A DNA stretch of 64,000 nucleotides, taken from assembly GCA_951406725.2 (NCBI GenBank), contig OX597822.1, positions 15,314,001 through 15,378,000 on the forward strand, in the 5' to 3' direction. Numbering within the stretch: the stretch's first letter is position 1; every line of letters begins with the position of its first letter. Shown in pieces: positions 15,736 to 29,989 of this stretch. The stretch comes from Octopus vulgaris. Taxonomy: Eukaryota. The notes below the pieces were generated by a model. The model did not search any database. It worked only from the letters and a program-made list of their open reading frames with translations, and was not told where the DNA came from. The translations under genes and the position numbers were made by a program.

Positions 15736-16830
15736 TATAATAGAACCCATTTTGTCGATAGTTTTGTGAATCACGACAAAGCAATGGCAACAAAGGAATA
15801 ATTGATTACAATTATTACACATACCACCATCAGCACCAACACCACAATCACCAGCATATCTATGCAAGGATTTTGCATTTGACCAATGTCCAGTTATACG
15901 ATACATGTAAAGATGCGGTGCGAAAGAAAAAAAGGTTCAATTTTTCTACAGGTGAGAAAAAAAAACAAGAAATTGAAAAACAAATATGAGCCAGAAATTA
16001 GGATGTTCAGACAATTTATGCAGAACCAATTTTCCCTATGAAATACTTGGCGGGAAGCAGTCCGGCGCTTTCCCTATATAGTAGCAAACCGACCGTGTTT
16101 TGTTTTGATTATTTCCCATGATTGATCTTCATTGATGACAATGTTTTCTCCAATGACTCGCTCGAAAACTCTCCGTAGATACTTCTGTCACATGACAGTT
16201 TAACAAAACTATTCAAATGCTAACTTGATGTTGTTTTCAGCTTGAGTCGCAAAATGGCTTAATTCGTTTGTTCAGTTGTAAACAAGGGATACAAAATCAG
16301 TGTATACAAAGCAAACACCACTTGATACATGAGGCCATTTAAGTGTAAATCGAGCCTAATACAAAATGCACCAAGCCTCTATATTATTTTCATAACAAAC
16401 TTAATCAAATATTTAAAATGACTCACGGAAACACGTGGTTTTTAAAATGGTGCACTCTTATACACAAAATTCGTATATTTTCAACATACGTTTTGTATAT
16501 GGTTACAGATTATTCTACCTGGATATAATTGCTTCGCAATGAAACGAAGGCATACACACACAACCCTATCTCAACAACAAACATCGAACCGTCAAAATCC
16601 CTTTATCTGCCACTCAACAAATACGCATATTTAAAGGACACTTCATATCATCAACCCATGGAAGTGTGCTGTCTACTGCTCTAATGACTGTCATTTGTCG
16701 TCTGCGGCCATAATATAGCTACCCGGCCGACAATATCGGTTCGAGAATTTCATTGGTTTCTTGGAGAAAATACAAAGTTTACGTGGATACAAATGGTTGA
16801 ACTTAATAGGCAACATGCACAGACGTACAT

Positions 16831-16866
<36 letters not shown>

Positions 16867-16869
16867 AGA

Positions 16870-18408
<1,539 letters not shown>

Positions 18409-18410
18409 AT

Positions 18411-18475
<65 letters not shown>
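18409..18475. repeat. (GATA)n microsatellite
   Basis: Directly visible. Confidence 0.97.
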
Positions 18476-18482
18476 ATAGGTA

Positions 18483-18585
18483 GGTAGGCTTTACTTTTTG
18501 GGAAGAAGAGAAAAAAAAATGCGGGTCGAATTTCGATCAAAAGGGATCGTGAGAAAAAAAGCCGATTAATAGGGATCATGTATCG
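18483..18585 (-). mobile_element. Second, older Tx1-like 3' UTR remnant
   Basis: tttcgatcaaaaggg.tcgt..aatagggatc matches 17058-17215. Confidence 0.65.
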
Positions 18586-19882
18586 GATAAATAGAGAGAT
18601 AAGCAGACAGAAAGACTGATAGATACATACATAGTTATATGCACACCTTGCATCTGTACATGTGTGCGAGTGTGTGCGTGCGTATATATATCGCTGTGTA
18701 TGCACCTACTAATGTTTACGTTGGTTATATTCCGATGACAAAGTTTTGGTTCATTCTGGGACACATTATTGGTTCTGGAATACATTAGCGGATAGGTGGA
18801 CTTTGGTCACCAGCGCGAGATCCAACCCTTCACTTTATAAATTAAGAAGTTGAAGTGTGTGTGTAATTGTATTAAATTCTGTGCCACGTCGGTAAGAATT
18901 GATCCTCTTAAGCACATGTTACTATTTGCATACGTTTACTTTTAATCTCATATTGGTCTCGACTCCTTCCAAAATACTAAGAAGTATTCATGCAATATAT
19001 CTCCCCCTCTTTTCTCTCGTAACCGGAGGGTGTATGTAGTCTTCTTTTAATCTTATTTATGAAGATCCTTTGATTCGAGATTGAATCCTGAATTTTTTTC
19101 AAAAATTTGCACTCATTGTTACATGTAAAATACTTTCCCTACCCATCGGACTTCCTTGCACAGTTTTGCTAATATTCGTTTTTACTTATTCTCTAACTCA
19201 TTAATGTACCGGTTTGATTTTACTTCTGAATTATATATTTGCCGGTTAATGCGTCTCATTTCAGTTCTCCGTCTTTATACATTTCCTTTTATTTTCCACG
19301 GTTTCGGGCTTTTTTCAACATCTTCCTATGAATCTCATATTCATCCTATATTTACAAATATATCTATCTATCTGTCCAGCTTTCTGTGTTCCATAATCTT
19401 TGATTCTCTCTTACTCTCTCTTTTTAATCCCACCATTACTTAGAAAGCTTATTTTATTTTTTCCTACAGTTTAACTACTCGCAGCTAATCTCATTTCTCA
19501 GCATCCTACCTGATATTAATTTGCAATGCAGTTTTTGGAAGGGCAGTGGTTAGAAATATACAAATCATAAGAAATAATAGATGCAAATCTACCTGTGTTC
19601 CCAAAAGTATGTTGAAATTGGAAAATCTTATCAAAACATTGCAAATCTAAGATGTTTTCTAGACACCAAAGGCACATATTTTTGCTTTTATTACACTATA
19701 GGATCATATTTTGGAAATGAGATAAGATATTGTTTTAAAATTTAAACAAATATTGCAAAAAAGTAAAGTAAGCAAATATGTGTTTCGTCTTCTCGGGTGG
19801 TTTATTACTAAGTGGTAAATTAGAATGAAAGTAATGGACATAGGTTTAAATGACCAGCCAAGTCAGTTTAATATTTTAGAAC

Positions 19883-20260
<378 letters not shown>

Positions 20261-20263
20261 TGT

Positions 20264-20341
20264 CTCCTATACGGGTATCAGCTACCATATGCCATCATAA
20301 GCTCCTATACGGGTATCAGCTACCATATGCCATCATAAGCT
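20264..20341. repeat. Perfect 38-bp tandem duplication
   Basis: ctcctatacgggtatcagctaccatatgccatcataag occurs twice. Confidence 0.95.
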
Positions 20342-20740
20342 GGATTACTCCTTTTACTGGACATATATGTGGAACTCCTGTAGTGTGTACAGAGCTTACA
20401 AAATTTTTCAGGTCAAGAAGACAGAACGAACAGGCTTTAACTACGAACCACATCCATTGTTTATGTGCCGCGGTAACAGCTGTTATTGCTGGGTTTTACT
20501 TATATTATTTAAAAACTTATTTCTTAAATAGGCGAAGCTGGTAGTTCTGAAATCTGTACAAGTAATGTAAATAGTAATTCTACTAAAATGTCTAGTAACA
20601 GTGTTCTATGCAGAAAAACTACGTTAAGGTGGTAACAACCATTACTGTTCAGGAGAGTTACTGCATACATCTCTTATAGAGATTCTACAGCTTGCAACTT
20701 CAGTTGTTTAAAATGAGTAGCTGTTTGTCATTTATTTATA

Positions 20741-20969
20741 CAGGATGTTCAAAAAGTCTCTTCGTAGTGAATTCTTTCATCCTACGCATCACCATGACGC
20801 TACTTTAAGAGATTTTTGGCAAACGGATTATTCCGAAAGAACTCTGGTCACCAAGAGCACCTGATTTAAATCTGCAGATTTTTTTCTGGTGAGCAAGTAA
20901 AGGATCAGTGTACAAGAATTGCCCGAAAACCATTAAATACTTACTGGGGAGGGACTTTCTGAACACCAT
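20741..20969 (+). mobile_element. Internally deleted Tc1/mariner element
   Basis: Imperfect TIRs caggatgttcaaaaagtctc / gggactttctgaacaccat with TA flanks; internal LWSPRAPDLN..FFW resembles the WPPRSPDLNP transposase motif. Confidence 0.8.
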
Positions 20970-21021
20970 ATATATATTGCGAACTGGGGCGAACGACTAC
21001 CATTTCTAGCAGACATGTGTA

Positions 21022-21068
21022 CCAGTAATGATGAAGGGTGAGACCCTACAACTCAGCTAGTCTACCGG
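21022..21068 (+). ncRNA. Possible decayed hammerhead motif
   Basis: ccagta-aTGATGA-agggt.gag.accct-acAAC-tcagcta-GTC-taccgg: three stems present but three core substitutions. Confidence 0.4.
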
Positions 21069-21317
21069 TCCTATCGCCTCCTAGAAGCGAGATGTTCACT
21101 CCCCTGTTTGTAATATAGCGGACAGATATTTTGTCATTAACCAGCAGGAGAAAGTGTCCTCCTGAGTTCAAAACCGAGGTACCATTGTATTTTGCAGAGC
21201 AACCACGTTCAGGTGGTAACAACTATTATTTCATAAATGATTATATAAACAGATATGACGCAGCAGCATCTTTGATAGCAGCCATACACTGCTGCTGTTG
21301 GATCATAGGTATTTATG

Positions 21318-22352
21318 TTATTACCTCCGCCTTAACAAAGGCGGAGGTGTTGTTTCCAGACTTGTTTGTTTATTTGTTTCACCGTGGAAAAGATATCTCA
21401 AGAAGCGCTGGGTGAATCGGATGAAACTTTCAGAGATGATTGGCCATGTGATTGGCACGTACTGATTAGATTTTTGGATCAATCCGGTAGCAAACAAGGA
21501 TTCTGGATTATTTGTTATATTTACTTTATATGAAGTATTACGATCTTACGTTCGTTTTCAAGTCTTTCTCTGATTATCTACCTTAAAAATACGCTCATAG
21601 ATTCCATTTAAGTTACAGCGGCGTTGCTGTTTCCAAAGTTTTATTTCCGTTTCCCTATTATTAATTCTACTCGCGTCTCTTAGTAAAAAACTGATGGATG
21701 AAGACATTAAACTACATAAACAAATGGCAGCAAAACCGTTCAGAAATTAAATAACACTAACATATTCAGTAACAATAGTAAATTTAATTCATCCTCCACA
21801 ATTTTTAGTTTTACTAATTTTGAATATGTCGCTCCTGTTTAAAACCTCGTAACTACTTCTAGCTCTGCCTTGAAGAAAGCTTTACTTCTTGGACTCAGGC
21901 TTTTGTGCGCAACGATGTTGTTAAACTTCCGTTAACAGAACCGTATGCATGTCTGTCTGTTATCTTTCACGCAGGGATAAATTTTTCCCTATAGACCTTA
22001 ATGGTCGTAAAGACACTATAACAGTGTATAGACTAAAACAGGCCTTCATAGAGAACATGTCTCTGTTCCCACTGCAGATGACATACACACAACATTACAA
22101 ACACGGCCCGCACTCCCACCTTTACATTCGATGACTATCATTGGGATCGATCAGGTACTACAAAAGGATTCTGGATTATTTTTCCTGTTTCTTTACTTAA
22201 CTTTTGAGAGCGGTCAGCTTTATTTTTACTATTCTCGTTTGTGACAGCAGTCAAGTTTATTTAAGATATTCTCATTTTAAAAATCATTTCCGGCTAATAA
22301 TCGTTGAGAGGACGCTGGTGTTGCCTTGGCGAAGGTTTGCTCTTGTTTATAT
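21318..22352 (+). mobile_element. Non-autonomous Helentron/DINE-like element with an internal duplicated segment
   Basis: Starts TTATTACCTCCGCCTT..AAGGCGGAGGT (hairpin) then a (GTTT) tract; ccttggcgaaggt near the other end; aaggattctggattattt occurs at both 21497 and 22165. Confidence 0.65.
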
Positions 22353-23119
22353 AATATTGTATGTAATGGTATGATATAGAAAACTCAGCGACTAACACCT
22401 GTTACCATTGCACAGAAACAAGTGTTGCGATTTATGACTGAAGCCTGTTCATTCCATCTTCTTGTTTTAATACAGTTGTGTGAGTGTTTGTGTGTGTGAA
22501 AATGAAGTGTGCATGATGAAATAATATATCTGAAATAACAATTTCAGACATACATACAATGAGTGACATCTTCAAAGTACCAAATGCACTGGTTACTGGT
22601 TTCAATAAGCAACTTCCTACGTGTCCTTCAATACATAATCTGGTCCTTGGATTCAGCGATGAGTCAGTGCACGTGCGCATTACTCGCAGAGCTATACATA
22701 ACTTGGCATAACTTATATAGGAATGATATGTATTAGTCTTCGACTTTTACATAGTTACGAGAATTTTTCATATTATGTACTGGATGAATCTATGTAAGAT
22801 TATTTATAAATCACCGCAAGATTGTGTATGAATCTACAGGAACCACACCGCTCTATAATTACGCATAATTAATGGTTGGCCATGAAATTGGGAAAAAAAT
22901 GTTACGCGTGTAAAAAACAGAGATGTCAGTAGAGATATATTTTCGTCAACAAGATTTTTTTTTGTTATATACGTGTTAATAAGTTAAATACGTGTTGATA
23001 AGTGTAATTGTGTAGATGGATGTTTGACAAGTGAATGATGTTTTCGGATATGTGTTTATGTGTTTCTTCCTCTGATCTATGTGTGTGTGTATGCTTGTAA
23101 CATTGAAAAATATTTCCTC

Positions 23120-23165
<46 letters not shown>

Positions 23166-23725
23166 GCCTTTGCACAGCTTCTAACGCTGGAGATGTACTA
23201 CAGTGTCAGTTCTCCACAACCAGTGAACTAAGTTAACACCTATTTTTTCGAGCACCTTCCGGAGTATTCAAGCGGTTCCAAGCAGTGCCATTTTCTCAAG
23301 TGCCCCACCCTTATTGTTGCCCCTATTTGTTCCATGTACTTCTCAAGATTTTTACACACTGTTCCCAGGGTTCCGACAATTATTGGTACTACCACCTTTT
23401 TCATCGACCACAACTGCTTAACCTCCCAAGCTAACCTGTCATATTTATCGACTTTTCTTTCTTTTTTATTGCATACCTTGTTGCCAGCTAGGCATACTAT
23501 ATTTATGATCCAGCTTAGTTCGGTTTCTTTCTCAATTAAGACTATGTTTGGTTCCCTATTCTCTATCCCATGGTCGCACTGAATCATAAAATCCCACAGG
23601 ATCTTTGCATTTTACTTTTCGATTAATCCTTTGGGCTTGTGGTCGTACCAAGTTTTTGCTCTGTCAAGTCCATACTTGTCGCAAAGTGTCCAATGTACAA
23701 GTCTTGCTATACTGTAGTGGAGTCT
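23166..23725 (-). mobile_element. 5'-truncated R4/Dong element (REL endonuclease) with its 3' end in (TAA)n at 23119-23165
   Basis: ARLVHWTLCDKYG, KILWDF, ORF 23240-23587 (NREPNIVLIEK..KVDKYDRL..VVPIIVGTLGTV) and LGTA.ILRKVLE. Confidence 0.9.
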
Positions 23726-23761
23726 TTTATATTCTTAATTTTTTATTATTATTATTATTCC

Positions 23762-23870
23762 AGCGAGGTCGATTTTACCTTTCATCATTTCAGTATCGGT
23801 AAATGAAGTACCGATCAAACACTGGGGTTGATGTAATCGACGTATCTTCTCCTCCAATATTGCTGCCCTG
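23762..23870 (+). mobile_element. Nin/Deu-domain-like SINE fragment
   Basis: gaggtcga..cctttcatc..aagtacc..cactggggttgatgtaatcgac matches 46388-46463. Confidence 0.7.
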
Positions 23871-25325
23871 ACACACTATAGCAATTCTAACCTCACAGGC
23901 AATGTTGTAGAAGTGTCTAAATTCTTAATTATTCCTGGTGTATTTATATTGTATTTTACAAACAAAATTTGTAGTCCTTTATAGAAGGCGGACCTAAACT
24001 GCAAACAGAAATTTTGGAAAGCCGTAGCTATTATTACGATAAATATTCCCTGGTTACGTTATTCTTCAAGAACGATGAGTTATTGGTTGATATTCCTATT
24101 TTATTTTTATTATTTAATCATAGGGCCAGAAAGTTTCAGGCAATAAAGTTACGTACGCAATAAGGTTACGATTTGTTAATGGATTTTATTGGAGGGAAAG
24201 CAAATGAGTGGAGGATTTTTATCCAGAATAGAAATTAGTCGTTGAGTCATCTCGAGGCAGCGCCATATTTTTAACAATTCGAACGGTGATAGGATTCATA
24301 TTAATGATTATCTTTGAACAGGCAATAGCCATAAAGTTATTCAAGAAGAGAAGAGTCGATTGAATCATCTCCGGTTCATACTTCATATTTATTTTATGGC
24401 CGCAAGGGAAAGAAAGGAAAATTCAATCCTGTACAGAGCTAAACTAAGATGACACATTTTGACGCGTTTTGTTTCTCACCCCATTAATATTATTTAGAAT
24501 GGTTTATTTTCAACTATTTACGAAGGGCCATTTGCACAAGAAATAGAGATTAAGTGTGGGATTTAACGGGAAATATGCCTCCAGAACATTAGTAGCATAC
24601 ACACAGTGAAATGCTTCCAGCTGTGCACTGTAAGAGCACCTCAGATTAAGATTATATAAAGATAATCTATTGTTCTTGAACAGAATTCATATTTGCTCGT
24701 TTTATCTATTCAAAATATAGTGCTGTAATTTAGGGAACGTAATGGCATGACGTTACTTGTTTAGAAAGAACTATTTTCCAAAGTTCTTTAGCAAACTAAG
24801 TGCAGTGAATTAGTTTCTGCCAGCGATCGATATGCTGGTGTTGTCTAAAATTTCTTCAACTACAATTTCCTTTTACTAGGAATACATTCTGCATATTTTG
24901 TGCGAATGGAAAACTTTTATTTGGTAAGGACATTTATGTAATCAAGAGTAATATTAACATAACTGAAGTGGATTTAATCTAAATGAGATCGAAACTGGTT
25001 TCTGGCCTTGTTATTGACTTAAATTCTTCTCTTCCAGAAAGCCAAAATGAGAGCATATCCGGTTTCTGTTACGAGACAAAGTGAATGTTAAAATGGTATT
25101 TCAATGAAAGTTAACGTATTTATGGAGACTTAGTATTTTTGACTAGAAAAACAAAATAAAGTAAAAAGGAATTGTAATTATGTTTCCCATCCAGGGTATT
25201 ATGTGGGTAACTCTAATATAGTCTGAGGCACAACCAGCTTGTTTAGAGCTCATCACTCGCCCTTTCGAAGTGGAAAAAGCGAAAACCATTCAAGAAATTA
25301 TATGATACAGTTCTGTATTTAAGAG

Positions 25326-25940
<615 letters not shown>

Positions 25941-26059
25941 GATAGTTAAAGCGGTATCTTCAGTTTACAGACCTGAATTTTCATGGAAATGAATTTGTCA
26001 CTCATAGAATCAGGTTGCATGAAATATATTACCCTTTCAAAGCAGTTAATTAACATTAC

Positions 26060-26540
26060 TGTTAGAGCAGCAGACGAAATACTTTCTGAGGTCTTCGACG
26101 GTGAGCTATCTCGTTCTTGAGTTTTTTCAGTCGATTTAATTTTGTTGCAAGTATACGAGTTTACTTTTCCTGTTTCTGGATTACTTACTCCCGTCTATGG
26201 GAGGTCCAAAGACTCAACAAATGATCATAAAGGCTGACTGCACTATGCCCTAGAATAATTTTTAATATATTGAGAGACAACAAACTGAAAGGCCTGGAGT
26301 TTTTGTCCTTCCATAGTTCCTTTCAGAGAGTCAAGCACTATGATTTGGATACGTGTCATCGAATGTGCGTATACACTGTGCCATCTGTTACTGATGGCAT
26401 TCTATAATGGAAAAGTGCTTCCTTGACCTGTTGTACTGAATTGAACACTTTTGCGGCTACAATCAGAAGAGGAACCAGATATTGCTGGTGTCATCTGTAT
26501 TCCGTTTCCGTAATCGTACGACGAGATGAATATCACAAAA
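26060..26540 (-). mobile_element. Possible highly decayed LINE RT remnant
   Basis: NSRPFSLLSLNILKII resembles the NYRPISLLS RT motif; many stops. Confidence 0.3.
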
Positions 26541-27465
26541 TGGAGGCAACTGAATTAATAATTTGACAACGCATTGATAAACAAATACAATGAAAATATC
26601 GTTGATAAAGTGTACAAAGTTCCAGTATTCAAAATACTTAAGAACAACAATTATGTGTATGTGTGTCTGTATGTGTGTGAGTACGTGTGAGTGTAAAATG
26701 GAACACTTTAAATCTAACTCAATTATGTCTTGAAGTTTTGAATTATTTCGACTTCAAATGCATTTAAATATTGAATAAAATTTATTAGATCAAATTTAGT
26801 TCGTATCGAATACAACAATCGTTCTCTTTCATCTCTTACAAACATTCGGTACGCATTAATACTTTGAAAATATGTTACATATCCAAGGGCGAGAACATTC
26901 GTCAATACGATGTCAGAATTGAGAATACATCAGAATACTATCTGTACCATACTATCATAGTCGAGTACGTGATGGCAATACTAAGAACAAGTACAATAGG
27001 AAGAAACACTTTCAATATATCAACTAAATGCATGGGTTGGTAATTGATATGATTTTATAAAACAAAATAAAATTGTCAGGAATCAAAGGAAACAAAAATT
27101 AAAAGGGAGGATTGAAGAAAGGCCGGTATATTTAGCTTTTAAAGGGTGACTAATTAATTTATATAGGCAACAACGTTGATAACAATAATTATATTTAAAT
27201 CACATCCGCTTCAAGAGAAGAGGAATTTTTACAGCGCTAATTAGATTTATATGAATAACCGGCGAAATTTAATTACTCTTCTTCATTATGGAATTATTTG
27301 AGAAATAACATCACAATCGATAAAGAAGTTTAAGGAACAGAGACAATGTGCTGAACATAAGAATTGCAAATGGTTTATACCGATAGACGTAGAAACAAAC
27401 CTACATACATACACACACACACACATACTAACATACATATATACATATACACATACATACATATA

Positions 27466-27505
<40 letters not shown>

Positions 27506-27655
27506 TCTGTATAAATGTTTATATAACTGCATATACAAGTGTTTATGTACGCTAATATCTAGGAATTTATATATATATATATAGATATATATACATTAAA
27601 CAAATATACACATGTATATTTGTTTAATGTATATATACATATATACGTGTATGTA

Positions 27656-27728
<73 letters not shown>

Positions 27729-27970
27729 GTATATGAATATGTGTGACTATGTGTGTGAATATGAATGCATTTAATACAGAAAACATTCAGTTAACATCTA
27801 AGCCAATCACTAGTTTACGTGTGAATATACAGTTTTAGATGAAGCTCCTCTAAAAGTAAAATGGACTGATAAAGCACAGACTTTACCACAGACGTACATA
27901 TGCAATTTCTTTTCTCTCTATCTTACATCCATCTATCTGCTTCTTAAGCCATTAATATGTCTGTATATAA

Positions 27971-28160
27971 GGCGGCGGTGAGCTGGCAGAAAGGTTAGCA
28001 TGCCGGGTGTAATGCTTAGCGGTAATACGCCCATCGACACGTTCTGAGTTCAAATTCCGCCGAGGTCGACTTTGCCTTTCATCTTTCGGGATCGATGAAA
28101 TAATTACCAGTTTTGCACAGGGGCCGATATGATCGAATAGACCCCTTCCCCATAAATATC
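27971..28160 (+). mobile_element. Nin/Deu-domain-like SINE
   Basis: Head ggcggtgagctggcagaa, B box gagttcaaattcc, and gcctttcatctttcgggatcgat. Confidence 0.85.
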
Positions 28161-28461
28161 TCCCAGACAGTAACACACACTTTTTTTACGTAGGCAAAGA
28201 GAAAAAATATCGAATCCACACGACTCAGATTAGCTACATACGCGTTTCAGGAATAAAGTAATGTTATATATACTTATTTCCAATTTTCAATGCAGAATTT
28301 CAAATGTAAATTTGAGTGTTACAATTAAATATGTACGCGATCAAGCGTCATCGCATAACTGATATTTAACCAACACTTCGAGATATATACAGCCGAATGA
28401 GAACACCTATTTATCCTCAAATAGCCACGTGAGTTACAAGTAATCCCGCAGAAACTGTAGT

Positions 28462-28977
28462 TGGTAGCGGAAAAAGGTATTTTAACTGCTATTTCTAAAT
28501 TCGGTGTGTGGCGATGCAATTAGCTGACCTCTGATTATAATTATGCTTATAATTATAGAATATTTGTATAATATTACCTAAAAAGATTATTTTAACGTAC
28601 CGAACTACCTGGTAAGATTCTTAGTTAATTGATTAATTAATTAAATTTACTCTTTTATTGCTATTGAAATATAATTAACTCCCTGATCGAAAACTGCACC
28701 TCCTTATAAATACATTTCTTTCTTACCTACAGGGGCTAAACATAGAGGGGACAAACAAGGACAGAGAAAGGGATTAAATCGATTATTTCGATTCCAGTGC
28801 GTAACTAGTACTTATTTAATCGAACCCCAAATGATGAAAAGCAACATGGGTTACTGTCTGGGAGATAATTATGGTAGAAGAAAAGGTGTTTTGGCTGCTA
28901 TTTCTAAATTCGGTGCGTGGCGAAGCAATTAGCTAACCCCTGATTATAATTATACTAATAATTATAGAATATCTGTA
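28462..28977. repeat. Diverged ~105-bp direct repeats (28462-28568 and 28872-28977) with a SINE tail fragment (28712-28845) between them
   Basis: ctgctatttctaaattcggtg.gtggcga.gcaattagct..ctgattataattat occurs twice. Confidence 0.8.
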
Positions 28978-29234
28978 CTTATAAATATATATAGGGTCTT
29001 GCACTCACAATAGCTAGCAGGCAGTTCGATTTCCGGACTGTGCAGCATGTCGTGTTCTTCACCTTGCTCTAGTGCGCTCAGCTGTAAATACTATCAAAGG
29101 TGCACTTTTATTAACTACCCAAATATTCAATCACACCCACCTTCACAATACATTGGCGACCGCGCGGTTTTTTAAAAAAATTCTCTAATAGTTGTACAGT
29201 TAAAAACTTTCTCAGCTTTTAGTGTCACATTCAC

Positions 29235-29456
29235 TAAAAGTATAAATTATCCTTTCTGCTAAAGGCACAGGGTCTGAATTTTGGTGGGGGGAGACTAGTC
29301 GATTGCATCGACCCCAGTGTTTCCCTGGTACTTAATTTATCAACCCCGAAAGAATGAAAGGCGAAGTCGAACTCGTCGGAATTTGAACTCAACGTAGCGG
29401 CAGACGAAATACCACTAAGCATTGCTCCCATTCTGCTAACGATTCTGCTAGCTCAC
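29235..29456 (-). mobile_element. Nin/Deu-domain-like SINE
   Basis: Reverse complement of the family at 27971. Confidence 0.85.
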
Positions 29457-29989
29457 TGAGAATATTAAGAATATTAATCATTTCGATATTTAAAATCATT
29501 CATCAAATAACAATTAAAATAGAAATTAATGTAGAGTAACTTGCTTTTCCCTGTAAAAGAGACTATTAACCGAATAAGATGGTGCTTTCATTCGTTTCAA
29601 TACGTAATATCTAAACTTCTGTCAGCGAATATATAAATACATGCACACATATTTAAAAACATACATGCATACATATATATATCTTAATTGTCCCTGTCCT
29701 ACTTGTGTTACAAATTTTGACCCACCGCAAAATCCCAAATTATATTTAATTTGCTTTGCGGGAGCATCTGTTTTATCGAAAGGGTATATTGTTGTTAAAT
29801 TCTCGAAATACGAGACTAAAAAAACAGCCAACAACTGATGAAGGGTCGTTCTTTACATTCTTTGTCTTGTTTTCCATTTGTGTTTTTCGTTATTCGAAAA
29901 AATAGTTCATAATCCATGTACTCGTACTTCGTATATTTTTTTGTTGTACGTTTCGTGACGTCCCATGCCCACATATGTGTATATATATA

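Noticed and set aside
29825-29860. CTGATGA-aggg near the PLE end
   Set aside because: No closing stem II or GAAA downstream.
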